This document shows positions 16,624-26,566 of a stretch of DNA of 64,000 nt, piece after piece. The notes beneath the pieces are model-generated. The model saw nothing but the letters and a program-made list of their open reading frames with translations, did no database searches and was not told the origin of the DNA. Numbering within the stretch: the first letter of the stretch is position 1; every line of letters starts with the position of its first letter. The stretch is from NCBI GenBank assembly GCA_963819655.1, contig CAWFXA010000001.1, forward strand, positions 544,001 to 608,000. Direction: 5' to 3'. The stretch is from an uncultured Chloroflexia bacterium. Lineage in GTDB: Bacteria; Chloroflexota; Limnocylindria; Limnocylindrales; CSP1-4. The position numbers and the translations under genes were made by a program.

Positions 16624-17120
16624 CCGCCTTCGGGCTGCCTCATGCGCTGGTGCGGACGCGGTGGAAGGTTGAGCAGCTCCTCCGGGAACGACTCGGCGAG
16701 GTACTTGATGATGTCGACCTGGCGGACGACACCGACCAGGCGGCGATCCTCGTCGACGATCGGCACGTTGCGGTATCGCCCGGTCTGCATCAGCTCGATC
16801 GCGTCGCGGATGGTCCCCTCGAGATCCAGCGTGCGCGGCTCCGTCGTCATCAGCGTCTCGACCGGCTGCGCCAGATCGACATGGCCGACGACGATGCGCG
16901 CGAAGATGTCGCGCTCGGTCAGCACGCCGACGAGCCGCCCCGACGGCTCGCACACGAAGACCGAATCGCCGGTCCCGGTCCGCTGGATGGCGCGCAGGCA
17001 CTCAGCGAGGCTCGTGCCGGGCGGCACGGTCACGGGCTGTCGGCGGCTCAGGACGCGCAGGCGCTCGTCGGTCAGGGTTGGGACGCGACGGGCGACCGCG
17101 CCCTCGGTGAGGTCGGTCAC
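16620..17120 (-). CDS. CBS-pair protein
   Basis: GVLTERDI, YRNVPIV; TACACT 6 nt before GTG 17120. Confidence 0.82.
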   Translation of the reverse strand: MTDLTEGAVARRVPTLTDERLRVLSRRQPVTVPPGTSLAECLRAIQRTGTGDSVFVCEPSGRLVGVLTERDIFARIVVGHVDLAQPVETLMTTEPRTLDLEGTIRDAIELMQTGRYRNVPIVDEDRRLVGVVRQVDIIKYLAESFPEELLNLPPRPHQRMRQPEGG

Positions 17121-17178
17121 GCTCGAAGTGTAGTCCGTACCCGCCCGCGATGAGTCCGGGCTGATAGCCTCCGGCGCG

Positions 17179-18162
17179 ATGGATCGACGCACCGCCCTGG
17201 GCATCGGTTTGGTGGTGGTCTCGGCCATCGGATACGGGTCGGGATCGGTGCTCGCGCAACCGATCTACGCGACCGGCATCGACTGGCTGACGCTCGTCGG
17301 ATGGCGCTTCCTGTTCGGTGCTGCGCTCGGTTGGATGTGGGTCCTGGCGTCGAGCGAACGACGGGCGGCTGCTCGGCGCATGCCGCGTCGCCAGGTAGCC
17401 GTGGCACTCGGCTTGGGAGCTTTGTTCACTGGCAATGCCGGGACGTACTACGCCGGCCTGGAGACGGTCCCGGCCGCGCTCGCCGGCGTGCTTGTCTACA
17501 CCTACCCGGTCTTCGTCGCGGTGCTCTCGCTGCGGTTCGCCACCCGCCTGCCCGGGCGGCGGCCGTGGGTCGCGCTCGGGCTGGCCGTGGTCGGGTCGGC
17601 TCTGGCGCTGGGCGGGATCGACGTCGCCAGCGCACCCCCGGCGTCCGGCCTGATCCTCGTCTGGGCGTCGGCCCTGATCTACTCGGTCTGGATCATCCTG
17701 TCGGCGCGGCTGTCGGGCGAGCGCCGCGATCGGCTCGGGAGCGATGCGCCGCCGGGGACCGAGCCGGCGGGCGACGCCGCAGTCACGACGGCGTTGATGA
17801 TGAGCGCGACGGCGGCCGTCTATGGGATCGCCGCGCTGGCGGTCGGGCGTCCGCTGGATCCGCGGACGGTGCCGGCGGAGGCCTGGCCGCTGCTCGCGGC
17901 TGTGGGTCTCGTCGCCTCGTTCCTCGCGATCCAGACCTTCTATGCCGGGGCTCGGCGCATCGGCGCGGCCAAGGCGGCATTGGTGGCGACCGTCGAGCCG
18001 CCGATCATCGTCGTGCTCGCTTGGCTCGTGCTGGGCCAGACGCTCGCGCCGATCCAGCTGGCCGGTGCCGCGCTGATCGTGATCGCCGTGGTCGTGGCGC
18101 AGACCTCGCCACGTCCGCGTGGCGCCCCGGAACCGGCGACGCCGCTCGAGGCGGAGGTGTAG
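17179..18162 (+). CDS. EamA/DMT family transporter
   Basis: About 10 TM helices in two repeats; YTYPVFV and ATVEP motifs. Confidence 0.88.
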   Translation: MDRRTALGIGLVVVSAIGYGSGSVLAQPIYATGIDWLTLVGWRFLFGAALGWMWVLASSERRAAARRMPRRQVAVALGLGALFTGNAGTYYAGLETVPAALAGVLVYTYPVFVAVLSLRFATRLPGRRPWVALGLAVVGSALALGGIDVASAPPASGLILVWASALIYSVWIILSARLSGERRDRLGSDAPPGTEPAGDAAVTTALMMSATAAVYGIAALAVGRPLDPRTVPAEAWPLLAAVGLVASFLAIQTFYAGARRIGAAKAALVATVEPPIIVVLAWLVLGQTLAPIQLAGAALIVIAVVVAQTSPRPRGAPEPATPLEAEV

Positions 18163-18326
18163 AGGGAACTGCGAGTTCCTGATCGCCTGATGAACGTGTA
18201 GAGCTGGTCGTCCCGATCGACAGGAATCGTTGTCTGGGTAGATCAGCCCCGAAGACTCATGGCCGGTCGCGGAACCAGCAGTTCCAGATAAGTCGCCGGT
18301 GAGGGCCATCTGGTGTAGTCCCCACG

Positions 18327-19199
18327 ATGCACACCATTCGATTGACCTTTGGCCGCGCGTGCCTGGATACGCGGTTGTCCCTGGACATCAGCCGACAGGA
18401 ACTCGCCGGGCGTGTCGGTGTCTCAGCGCGGTACATAGCCCAGATCGAGCGCGGCGAGGCGAACCCGTCCATTCGCCTGGTCGAGGCCATTGCCGACGCG
18501 CTGGGACTGGATGTACAGCTGTCGATCCGGCCTCCGATGTTCCCCGGTGGCCCGCGTGTCCAGGATGCCGTCCATGCTCGCTGCTCCTCCTATGTCGACC
18601 GACGGCTTCGTGGGCATGGCTGGGCCACCGCGCGGGAGGTCGAGATCGTCCACGGTCGATCGCACGGTTGGATCGACCTTCTCGCGTTCGATCATCGGAC
18701 GGGCACCCTGTTGATCATCGAGATCAAGACCAGGCTCGATGACCTCGGCGCGCTCGAGCGTCAGATCGGATGGTATGAGCGCATGGCCTGGCAGGCGGCG
18801 CGACCGCTCGGCTGGCGGCCGACCCGGATGGTCGCGGTCGTGTTGGCCCTCGCAAGTGACGAGGTCGAGCGGGTCTTCCGAGCCCATCGCGACCTCATGT
18901 CCATCGCATTCCCGATGCGGGCGAAGGAGATCGGCGACGTGATCCGGGATCGTGGAGCGCCGGTCGCAAGACGCGGTTTCGCGCTGATCGACCCATCGAG
19001 CCGTCGCCGTGATTGGCTGATCAAGACCTCTATCGACGGCCGGAGGTCCAGGCTCCCGTACGCCGGCTACGCTGACGCTGCTCGTCCCGCCGTGGCCAGC
19101 ATCGCGCGGGCGCCCGCCGACACGAACGAGCCTTCCGAACCCAGGCCGATGAACGTGAAGCCGAGTTCGAGCAGCGGCGGCAGGCCGGCGGCGTCGTAG
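18327..19199 (+). CDS. XRE-type HTH protein with a C-terminal PD-(D/E)XK nuclease-like domain
   Basis: SRQELAGRVGVSARYIAQIERGEANPS; E...GWIDLL...IIEIKT. Confidence 0.75.
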   Translation: MHTIRLTFGRACLDTRLSLDISRQELAGRVGVSARYIAQIERGEANPSIRLVEAIADALGLDVQLSIRPPMFPGGPRVQDAVHARCSSYVDRRLRGHGWATAREVEIVHGRSHGWIDLLAFDHRTGTLLIIEIKTRLDDLGALERQIGWYERMAWQAARPLGWRPTRMVAVVLALASDEVERVFRAHRDLMSIAFPMRAKEIGDVIRDRGAPVARRGFALIDPSSRRRDWLIKTSIDGRRSRLPYAGYADAARPAVASIARAPADTNEPSEPRPMNVKPSSSSGGRPAAS

Positions 19200-19837
19200 A
19201 TGAGGATCCCTGCGGCCTTGCCGCCGGATCGGCACGCCGCGACCACCGACCGAAGCGCATCCTGGTACGCGGGCTCGTCGAACCGGCCGGGGATGCCGAG
19301 GCTGTGCGTCAGATCGGCCGGGCCGACGAACAGCACGTCGACCTCGTCCAGCGCGGCGATGTCATCCGCGGCCGCGAGCCCGCCCGTGGACTCGATCTGG
19401 ACGATGCCCACGATCTGCTCGTTCACGACCCGTGCGATGTCGGCGTGACCGATCGTCCCCATGCGCGCGCCACGAGTCCGCAACGCAACGCCACGCTGGC
19501 CGGCAGGCGGATACCGCAGGTAGCCGACCGCCGTGCGGACCTCGTCGATCGACTGCAGCTGCGGCAGCATGATCCCGGCCGCACCCAGATCAAGGGCACG
19601 ACCGACGCGCAGCCGCTCCGATGACTGGGGCCGGACGATGGGCGCCATCGGCGTCGTGCCGACCGCGTAGAGGAGCGCCAGGAGGTCGGCCTCGGTCGCG
19701 GCGCCATGCTCGAGGTCGAGGACGATCCAGTCGAAGCCCGCCTGCCCGCACAGCTCCGCGGCGAGCGGCGACGCCAGGTCCGAGAACACGCCGATCAGCG
19801 TCTCACCGGCTCGGATCCGGGCTCGAAGGTCGGCCAT
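19067..19837 (-). CDS. HpcH/HpaI aldolase family protein
   Basis: DWIVLDLEHG, RALDLGAAGI, QIES, FVGPADL. Confidence 0.9.
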   Translation of the reverse strand: MADLRARIRAGETLIGVFSDLASPLAAELCGQAGFDWIVLDLEHGAATEADLLALLYAVGTTPMAPIVRPQSSERLRVGRALDLGAAGIMLPQLQSIDEVRTAVGYLRYPPAGQRGVALRTRGARMGTIGHADIARVVNEQIVGIVQIESTGGLAAADDIAALDEVDVLFVGPADLTHSLGIPGRFDEPAYQDALRSVVAACRSGGKAAGILIYDAAGLPPLLELGFTFIGLGSEGSFVSAGARAMLATAGRAASA

Positions 19838-19900
19838 GCCGAGATGATGGCGGGTCCGGCGGGCCGGCGTGGCCCGACGAGGCACTCGCCTGACGATCGG

Positions 19901-20920
19901 TCAGCCGTTGACGAAGCCGGTCGTGTCGACGACCTCGAGGTCGCTGCCGGTGATCTCGTCGAGCTCGTGGAGGACGTCGTCGTCGAAGCGCGAGTCGCTC
20001 ATGCCGCTGACGTACCAGTCGGAGCCGTTGTCGGCGAGGATCATGCCGTACTGCTTGAGCGCGACGGCGATGACCCGGGCATGCGCTGAGAGCCCGGTCA
20101 CGTCGTACGACGCCTTGAGTCGCACGCGCAGGCCCATCGGCGGCGCGGATGTGGAGTCCGTCGACCCGGCCTGGTGTCGAGCGGGGTAGATATAGGCGCG
20201 TCTCGTCGGCACGGTCGTGAAGCGGAGCGCGTGGCGGATCGCGCCCGCCGCCACCTCGTCGTAGCGCACGAGCCCGGGCAGGATCGGGAGCCCGGCCGCA
20301 TCGGCGCTCGTCCAGCCGGGCGGCCGCAACGCATCCGAGCGCAGGTCCCACGTCGCGCCGCTGCCGGCGGTCCACTGGCCGTTGGTCCGCCGCGCCGCGA
20401 ACAGCTCGTACAGCCGGCAGGCGTCCTTGTCGACCATGAGGATGTGGCGATCGCCCGTCGCGGCACTGGGATCCTGATCGCCCTCGATCAGCGGGTCGGC
20501 CGGGATCGGGTAACCGACCTGGTCGGACTCGCCGGGCCATTGGAAGGTGACCGTCGAACGCGGGGTCGACGCGGTCACGATCTGGTACGGGATGCCGTAC
20601 TCGGACGGCGATCCGAAGTCCATGTGCAGACCGGTATCGAGCCCGACGTAACCGAGCAGCGTGGACGAGTTCACCGCTACGGGCCGGTCGTCGATGCGGC
20701 GATTCCAGACGTTCGTCGAGGGGAAGACCGTGCAGCCTGGCGCCCCGGGCAGGGTCGGCGCCGGCGGGACCGGCCGGCGCGGGTTGGTCCTGACGTCGAT
20801 CGGTCGCGGTTTCGGGGAGGATGTCGGCCGCGGTGTCCAGGCTGCCGCATCCCCGGCCGGGAGCGCGGCGGCGAGCGCCGCGCACACCGCGACGATCAGG
20901 GCACGTCGACGAGGGGTCAT
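19901..20920 (-). CDS. Secreted hypothetical protein, possible Tat substrate
   Basis: MTPRRRAL plus hydrophobic stretch and AxA cleavage site; soluble domain with GDRH, SADAAGLP, YGMILADNG. Confidence 0.75.
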   Translation of the reverse strand: MTPRRRALIVAVCAALAAALPAGDAAAWTPRPTSSPKPRPIDVRTNPRRPVPPAPTLPGAPGCTVFPSTNVWNRRIDDRPVAVNSSTLLGYVGLDTGLHMDFGSPSEYGIPYQIVTASTPRSTVTFQWPGESDQVGYPIPADPLIEGDQDPSAATGDRHILMVDKDACRLYELFAARRTNGQWTAGSGATWDLRSDALRPPGWTSADAAGLPILPGLVRYDEVAAGAIRHALRFTTVPTRRAYIYPARHQAGSTDSTSAPPMGLRVRLKASYDVTGLSAHARVIAVALKQYGMILADNGSDWYVSGMSDSRFDDDVLHELDEITGSDLEVVDTTGFVNG

Positions 20921-21027
20921 GACCGCAGTGTCGGTCGCCCCGGCGCCGACGGGACCTCACCCACTCGTCAGCTACCGATACTCCGCTGGTCCGGTTCCGG
21001 CAGGCACCAGCCGTGGCTGGCAATTCT

Positions 21028-21053
21028 TGAACGGTCGGCCGGACGGCAGCGTC
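21028..21053 (+). promoter_or_regulatory. ECF sigma-type promoter (TGAAC-N17-CGTC)
   Basis: Matches the AAC/CGT ECF promoter pattern and lies directly upstream of a sigma-factor stub. Confidence 0.45.
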
Positions 21054-21097
21054 GTAGGGTGCAGGTGACCAGATCGGTCGCCGACGGAGGATCCCAC

Positions 21098-21202
21098 GTG
21101 GATCGAGCTCTCGTCGAGGCAGCCCAGCGCGGCGATCACGACGCCTTCGAGGCACTCGCGATCGGTTCGGGCGACCGGCCGTTCGCGATCGCCCGGTCCT
21201 GA
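21098..21202 (+). pseudogene. N-terminal stub of an ECF RNA polymerase sigma factor
   Basis: GGAGG RBS, then VDRALVEAAQRGDHDAFEAL (typical ECF region 1.2 start); stops after 34 codons. Confidence 0.65.
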
Positions 21203-21217
21203 CGACCGGGACCTAAC

Positions 21218-22441
21218 TCAATCCGGGAATGCCTCCGGGCCGCGCTCCGCGAGCTCGGAGGCTTCCTTCACGTGGTCGTCTGACGGAAGCCAGCTGAACG
21301 GGTAGTTCGCATCGTCAAGGTCCATCGCCGCCTGCGTGACGTGCAACGGATGGAACGTGTCGACCATGACCGCCAGCTCCTCGGTCGCCTCCTTGCCGAT
21401 CGACGCCTCGACCGTGCCGGGGTGTGGTCCGTGCGGGATCCCGGCCGGATGCAGCGTGAACGACGCGATCTCCACGCCGCGGCGGCTCATGAAATTGCCG
21501 GCGACGTAGTAGATGACCTCGTCCGAGTTGATGTTGGAGTGGTTGTACGGCGCCGGGATCGCCAGCGGGTGATAGTCGAACTTGCGTGGCACGAAGGAGC
21601 AGACGACGAAGTTCCGCGCCTGGAACGTCTGGTGGACCGGCGGCGGCTGGTGGACCCGCCCGGTGATCGGCTGGAAGTCGCCGATGTTGAAGCGGAACGG
21701 CCACAGGTAGCCATCCCAGCCGACCAGGTCGAAGGGGTGGTGGCGGTAGTGGTACGCCGTGATCCGGTCGGTCGATCGGACATGGATGACGAAGTCGCCC
21801 CCGTCCTCGCTCGGTGCGACCTCGTCGGGGGCATGGAGGTCACGCTGGGAGTACGGCGCGTGCTCGAGCAATTGGCCGTAGTCGTTGCGATATCGCTTGG
21901 GAGGCTCGATCTCCGACGGGGCCTCGAGATACAGGATGCGCTGGGTCGAGCCCGCGTCCGGGTCCAGCCGCCACGTCGTCCCGATCGGCAGGACGAGGTA
22001 ATCGCCCGGCCCGTAGCGCAGCGGCCCGAAGATCGTGTCGCACACGCCCGACCCCTCGTGGACGAACAGCATCTCGTCGGCGATGCCGTTGCGGTAGAAG
22101 ACGCCCGCCGGCATCGACTGCGCCGGGCGAACGACCCCGAACACGACGTCGTGATTGAAGTAGAGCGGGATGCGGCCCGTGATCACGTCGCCCGCCGGTT
22201 CGACGCCGCCGGTCTTCGTCAGTCGATGCCGGTGCAGGCCGTCATCGGCGGGCTCGAGTCGGATCCGATCGCCGGGCTCGATGCGATGCGTCCGCGTTGG
22301 TGGCGTGAGGTGATAGAGCAGAGAGCTGCGACCCGTGAAGCCCTCGACTCCGAACAGCTCCTCGGCGTAGAGGGCGCCATCCGCCGCTCGATGCTGGGTG
22401 TGCCGCTGGCGAGGGACGCTGCCCCGCTGAACGTAGTACAT
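21218..22441 (-). CDS. hmgA: Homogentisate 1,2-dioxygenase
   Basis: HPFDLVGWDG, HQPPPVHQTF, PYNHSNINSDE, HPAGIPHGP, AVMVDTF. Confidence 0.92.
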   Translation of the reverse strand: MYYVQRGSVPRQRHTQHRAADGALYAEELFGVEGFTGRSSLLYHLTPPTRTHRIEPGDRIRLEPADDGLHRHRLTKTGGVEPAGDVITGRIPLYFNHDVVFGVVRPAQSMPAGVFYRNGIADEMLFVHEGSGVCDTIFGPLRYGPGDYLVLPIGTTWRLDPDAGSTQRILYLEAPSEIEPPKRYRNDYGQLLEHAPYSQRDLHAPDEVAPSEDGGDFVIHVRSTDRITAYHYRHHPFDLVGWDGYLWPFRFNIGDFQPITGRVHQPPPVHQTFQARNFVVCSFVPRKFDYHPLAIPAPYNHSNINSDEVIYYVAGNFMSRRGVEIASFTLHPAGIPHGPHPGTVEASIGKEATEELAVMVDTFHPLHVTQAAMDLDDANYPFSWLPSDDHVKEASELAERGPEAFPD

Positions 22442-22598
22442 GGAGCGACTGGCCTCCTCGGCTGACAAGGCCAGTCTAGTGGCGGGCGCAGCCTACGGAG
22501 CGGGCGCGCGGAGCCGAGGCGGCGCGCGACGGCCGCACATCGGGCCTAAAGGCCACCGACCCCACCCTCCCGGAAATAAAGGTCGCCGCCCCCCAAAG

Positions 22599-22643
22599 AT
22601 CGGTCAGTCTCCAGATGGCGAGCGGAGCGCCGCCTCGTACGGT
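22599..22643 (+). promoter_or_regulatory. Imperfect inverted repeat ATCGG-N8-CAGAT, 21 nt upstream of a TACGGT -10 element
   Basis: Read directly; precedes the 60-aa ORF adjacent to the LuxR/AAA regulator. Confidence 0.35.
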
Positions 22644-22702
22644 GATGACATCGCAAAAGGAACGCCATCAAATGGGATGGCAGGACCAGAAAGGAACCCG
22701 CG

Positions 22703-22885
22703 ATGCTCGCCGACTTCGAAACCAGGTTCGAACAGCACAACACCACGATCCGCCGAGCCGAGGCGAATTACGACCTGATGACAGCCTTGACGTCCGGGCA
22801 GCCCGCCCGAACCGTCGACCAGCCGAAGAAGAGGCTGCTGTCGGCCCTTCTGCGGCGGATCGCCGGGACGCCCGCGACGGCGTGA
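22703..22885 (+). CDS. Small hypothetical protein, 60 aa
   Basis: AGAAAGGAA RBS; own promoter-like elements. Confidence 0.65.
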   Translation: MLADFETRFEQHNTTIRRAEANYDLMTALTSGQPARTVDQPKKRLLSALLRRIAGTPATA

Positions 22886-22932
22886 CGATCGTCCGGCCAC
22901 GGCCAGCAGGCCCGGCCCCGTACCATGCGTCC

Positions 22933-25900
22933 GTGGCCACGCGCGTCGCGAGCCCTGACTTCATCGGACGAAAGCGAGAGCTCGGCGCTCTGAGCGACGC
23001 GCTCGTCCGCGGGCGCGCGGGTGACGCCGTCGTCGTGCTCGTGGGCGGGGATGCGGGCATCGGCAAGACGCGGCTCGTGGCCGAAGCCGCCGGTGTGGCT
23101 CGCGAAAGCGGATCCCTCGTGCTCGAGGGTGGCTGCGTGTCGCTCGGCAGCGGCGAGGGGCTGCCGTTCGGCCCGATCGTCGAGGCGCTTCGGCGTTTGC
23201 CCGAACTGATCGCAGCGGGTAGGGCCGGATCGATCACCGACATCGCCGATCTGCGTTCGACCGAGACCAGCGACCTCGGTCGACTCATGCCCGAACTCGG
23301 GACAGGATCGATGCCCGAATCGGGCATGTTCGACCGTCCGGACTGGGTGCAGGCCAGGATCTTCGAGGGGATGCTTGCTCTGCTGCGATCTCTCGGCGAG
23401 CAGCTCCCGGTCGTCCTCATCGTCGAGGACCTGCACTGGTCGGACAGCTCGACCCGCGACCTCCTGTCGTTCCTGGCCCGCAATGCTCGCACGGAGCGGC
23501 TGGCCATCATCGGGACGTATCGGACGGACGAGCTCCATCGCCGCCATCCCCTCAGGCCCTGGCTGGCAGAGATGGAGCGGCTCCCGCGCGTGGTGCGCAC
23601 CGAGGTGGGCCGGTTCGGACGGGCCGAGCTCGTCGCGCTGATCACGGCCATCCTGGGTCATCGGCCACCGACCGACCTGGTCGACGCGATCGCGCGGCGG
23701 GCCGAGGGGAACCCGTTCTTCGTCGAGGAGCTGCTCGCGTCCGGTGTCGGCGACACCGCCGACCGCATCCCGCCGACCCTCCGCGACGTGTTGCTGACGC
23801 GGGTCACTGCCCTGTCGGACGACGCGCAACGCATCTTGGGCGTGGCGGCGGTCGCCGGCCGGACCGTGCAACCCGCCTTGCTCGCGGACGTCGCCGGGAC
23901 AGACGAAGCCGCCATCGAAGGCCCTCTCCGCGAAGCAGTCGCGGCCCAGATCCTCACGACCGACCGATCCGCTGGCGGCGAGGCGTACCGGTTCCGTCAC
24001 GCGCTCCTCGCCGAAGCGGTGTACGACGATCTGCTCCCCAATGAGCGCCGACGCCTGCATGCCGCGTACGCGTCGGTCCTGGACGCGCAGCCGATCCCGG
24101 AGGGAGCCGAGGGCGCCAGCCAGCTGGCCGCGCTCGCCCACCACGCGACGGCCGCCCACGACCAGGTACGGGCGCTGCAGGCATGGGTCGGCGCCGCCCG
24201 CGCCGCCGCGGCGACCCACGCCTTCGGGGAGGCCGGACGAGCCTACGAGCGCGCGATCGAGTTGTGGGACGCGGTGCCTGCCGACGATCGTCCGAGTGAC
24301 ACCGACGCCCCTGCCCTGCATTTCGAGGCTGCCCTGTCCGCGATGGTCGGCGGTCGGACCGAGCGGGCGGTCGATCTGTCCCGGGCGGCGATCCTTGGAC
24401 TCGATCAGAAACGGCAACCCGAGCGGTGGGCTGCCGCCAATGAGCGCCTCGCGCGCACGCTGTGGCGATCCGGGAAGATGGACGACGGCCTGATGCTCCT
24501 GCAGTCGACGGCAAGCGCCCTCGAACAAGCCGGCCCGACGCCCGTCCGCGCGCAGGATCATGGCGGCGACCGCCGGGGCGCACATGCTGCGTGGCAACCA
24601 TCCGCGGGCGATCGCTACTGCCGGTGAGGCCATCGAGGTCGCCCGAGCGACCGGGTCCAGGATCTCGGAGGCCCATGCGCGGAACACCCTCGGCACGAGC
24701 ACGGCCCTGAGCGGCCAGTGCGCCGAAGGGACCGCCATCCTCCGCGAGGCCGTGGCCCTCACGAAAGAGGTGCAGGACGTTGACGACATGGGCCGGGCCT
24801 ATGCCAACCTCAGCTCGGTCCTGACCATCTGCGCGTCCTACGAGGAAAGCCTGGAAGTAGCGCTCGAGGGCGTCGCGTGGGCTAGGTCGGTCGGAGCGTC
24901 CGGCGGGTATGGCCGGTTCATCGCCGGCAACGCGGCAGCCGCCGCGATCGAGCTCGGTCGCTGGGATGAGGCCGACGCGATGTGCGACGACCTCCTCGCG
25001 GGTGACACGGGCGGCGTCAACCGGATCGGGACGATCAGCGTCGTCGGTCCGTTCTATGCGCGACGCGGGCGCGCGGCCGAGGCCGAGCAGCTGCTCGAGG
25101 AGGGACGTTTGCTCGTCGGGCCGCTCCAGGAGGCGCAGTTCACGGGGCCGATCTACGTCGGGCTCGTCGAGCAAGCGCTGACCGCGGGCCGACCCGAGAA
25201 GGCCGTCGCCGATGTGGCGGATGGCGTCGCGCGCATCGACCGGACCGGCGATCGCTACTACTTGAGCGAGCTCCTCGCGATGGGCGCACGCGCCGAAGCC
25301 GACCGGGCGGAGCGCGCGCGGGCGACACGCGACTCGGCTGGGGAGGCAGAGGCCGTGGCGACCGCGAGCTCGTATCGGGACAGCCTGCAGGAATGGGTGA
25401 GCGGGACGTCCGGATCCGACGCGTTCGGCGGTCAGCTGGCCGCGGACGCGGCAGCGAGTGCCGCAGAGGTCCATCGAGCCGCCGGGGCCCCGGACGTCGA
25501 GGCATGGCGCCAAGCGGTCGCGTTGGCAGACCGGACCGGCTCTGCCTGGCGAACGACATATGCCCGCTACCGCCTCGGGGAGGCGATGCTGGCCGCACGC
25601 GCCCCCCGCCGAGACGCTACCGCCGTGTTGTCAGACGCGCGCGCACGGGCGGTCGAGCTCTCGGCAGAGCCGTTGGCCGGCTGGATCGAGGGGCTGGCCC
25701 GGCGGTCGCGCGTATCGATCACCGCAGCGGACGACACCGCAGACGATGGACCATCTGAGCCGACCGGTTCCGACGCGCTCGGCCTGACCGCCCGCGAGCG
25801 TGAGGTCCTCGCCCTGCTCGTCGAGGGCCACACGAACCGGCGCATCGGCGAGGAGCTGTTCATCAGCGAGAGCACGGCCGGCGTCCACGTCTCGAACATC

Positions 25901-25972
25901 CTCGGCAAGCTCGGTGTGGCGACGCGAACGGAAGCGGCGACGGTGGCCGCACGGCTCGGCCTGGTCGAGTGA
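22933..25972 (+). pseudogene. LuxR-family large ATP-binding regulator (AAA + TPR + LuxR HTH), frameshifted near 24550
   Basis: Walker A GDAGIGKT; Walker B VEDLHW; C-terminal LTAREREVL..HVSNILGKL; split over ORFs 22615-24627 and 24560-25972. Could be a sequence error. Confidence 0.8.
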
Positions 25973-25978
25973 GCTCGG

Positions 25979-26494
25979 TCAGGTCCCGATCACCCGACTT
26001 CGCCGCTGCATCAGGACCACGTCACGCCAGAGGCCTGTGCCGTCGCGGCCCATCCCGCGCATGACGCCGACCCGTTCGAAGCCGCAGCGCTCATGCAGCG
26101 CGAGACTCGCTTCGTTTTCGACCATGACCCCCGCGAGGAGGGTCCAGAAGCCGGCCGCCTCCGAAGCCGGAACGAGCGCCTCGAGCAGCGCCCGGCCGAC
26201 GCCGCGACCGCGCTGGCCCGCGGCGACATAGACGCTCTCCCAGGCGACCCCGCTGTAGACGCGACGACCCGAATAGGCCGTCAGCGCGACCCAGCCGACC
26301 GCCGGGCCCCCGCGAACGGTCCGCGCGACCAGCCTGCAGTCCCGCCGATGCGACCGGTCGAAATGATCCCAGTCGGGGGCATCGCGCTCGAGGGTCGCGT
26401 CGCCCGTGGCGATGCCCTCGGCGTAGATACGATGGACGGCAGGCCAGTCGGCCGGAGCCATCGGGTCGATGCGGACGGCGTGACGGCGAGCCAC
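25979..26494 (-). CDS. GNAT N-acetyltransferase (YncA/phosphinothricin-AT-like)
   Basis: [32 protein letters not shown]. Confidence 0.88.
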   Translation of the reverse strand: MARRHAVRIDPMAPADWPAVHRIYAEGIATGDATLERDAPDWDHFDRSHRRDCRLVARTVRGGPAVGWVALTAYSGRRVYSGVAWESVYVAAGQRGRGVGRALLEALVPASEAAGFWTLLAGVMVENEASLALHERCGFERVGVMRGMGRDGTGLWRDVVLMQRRSRVIGT

Positions 26495-26566
26495 GATCGA
26501 ATCATCCCACGCGCCCAGCCCGCGACGTTGCCGGGCCAAGCGCTCGACGTGCCGCTGTCGTCCAGC

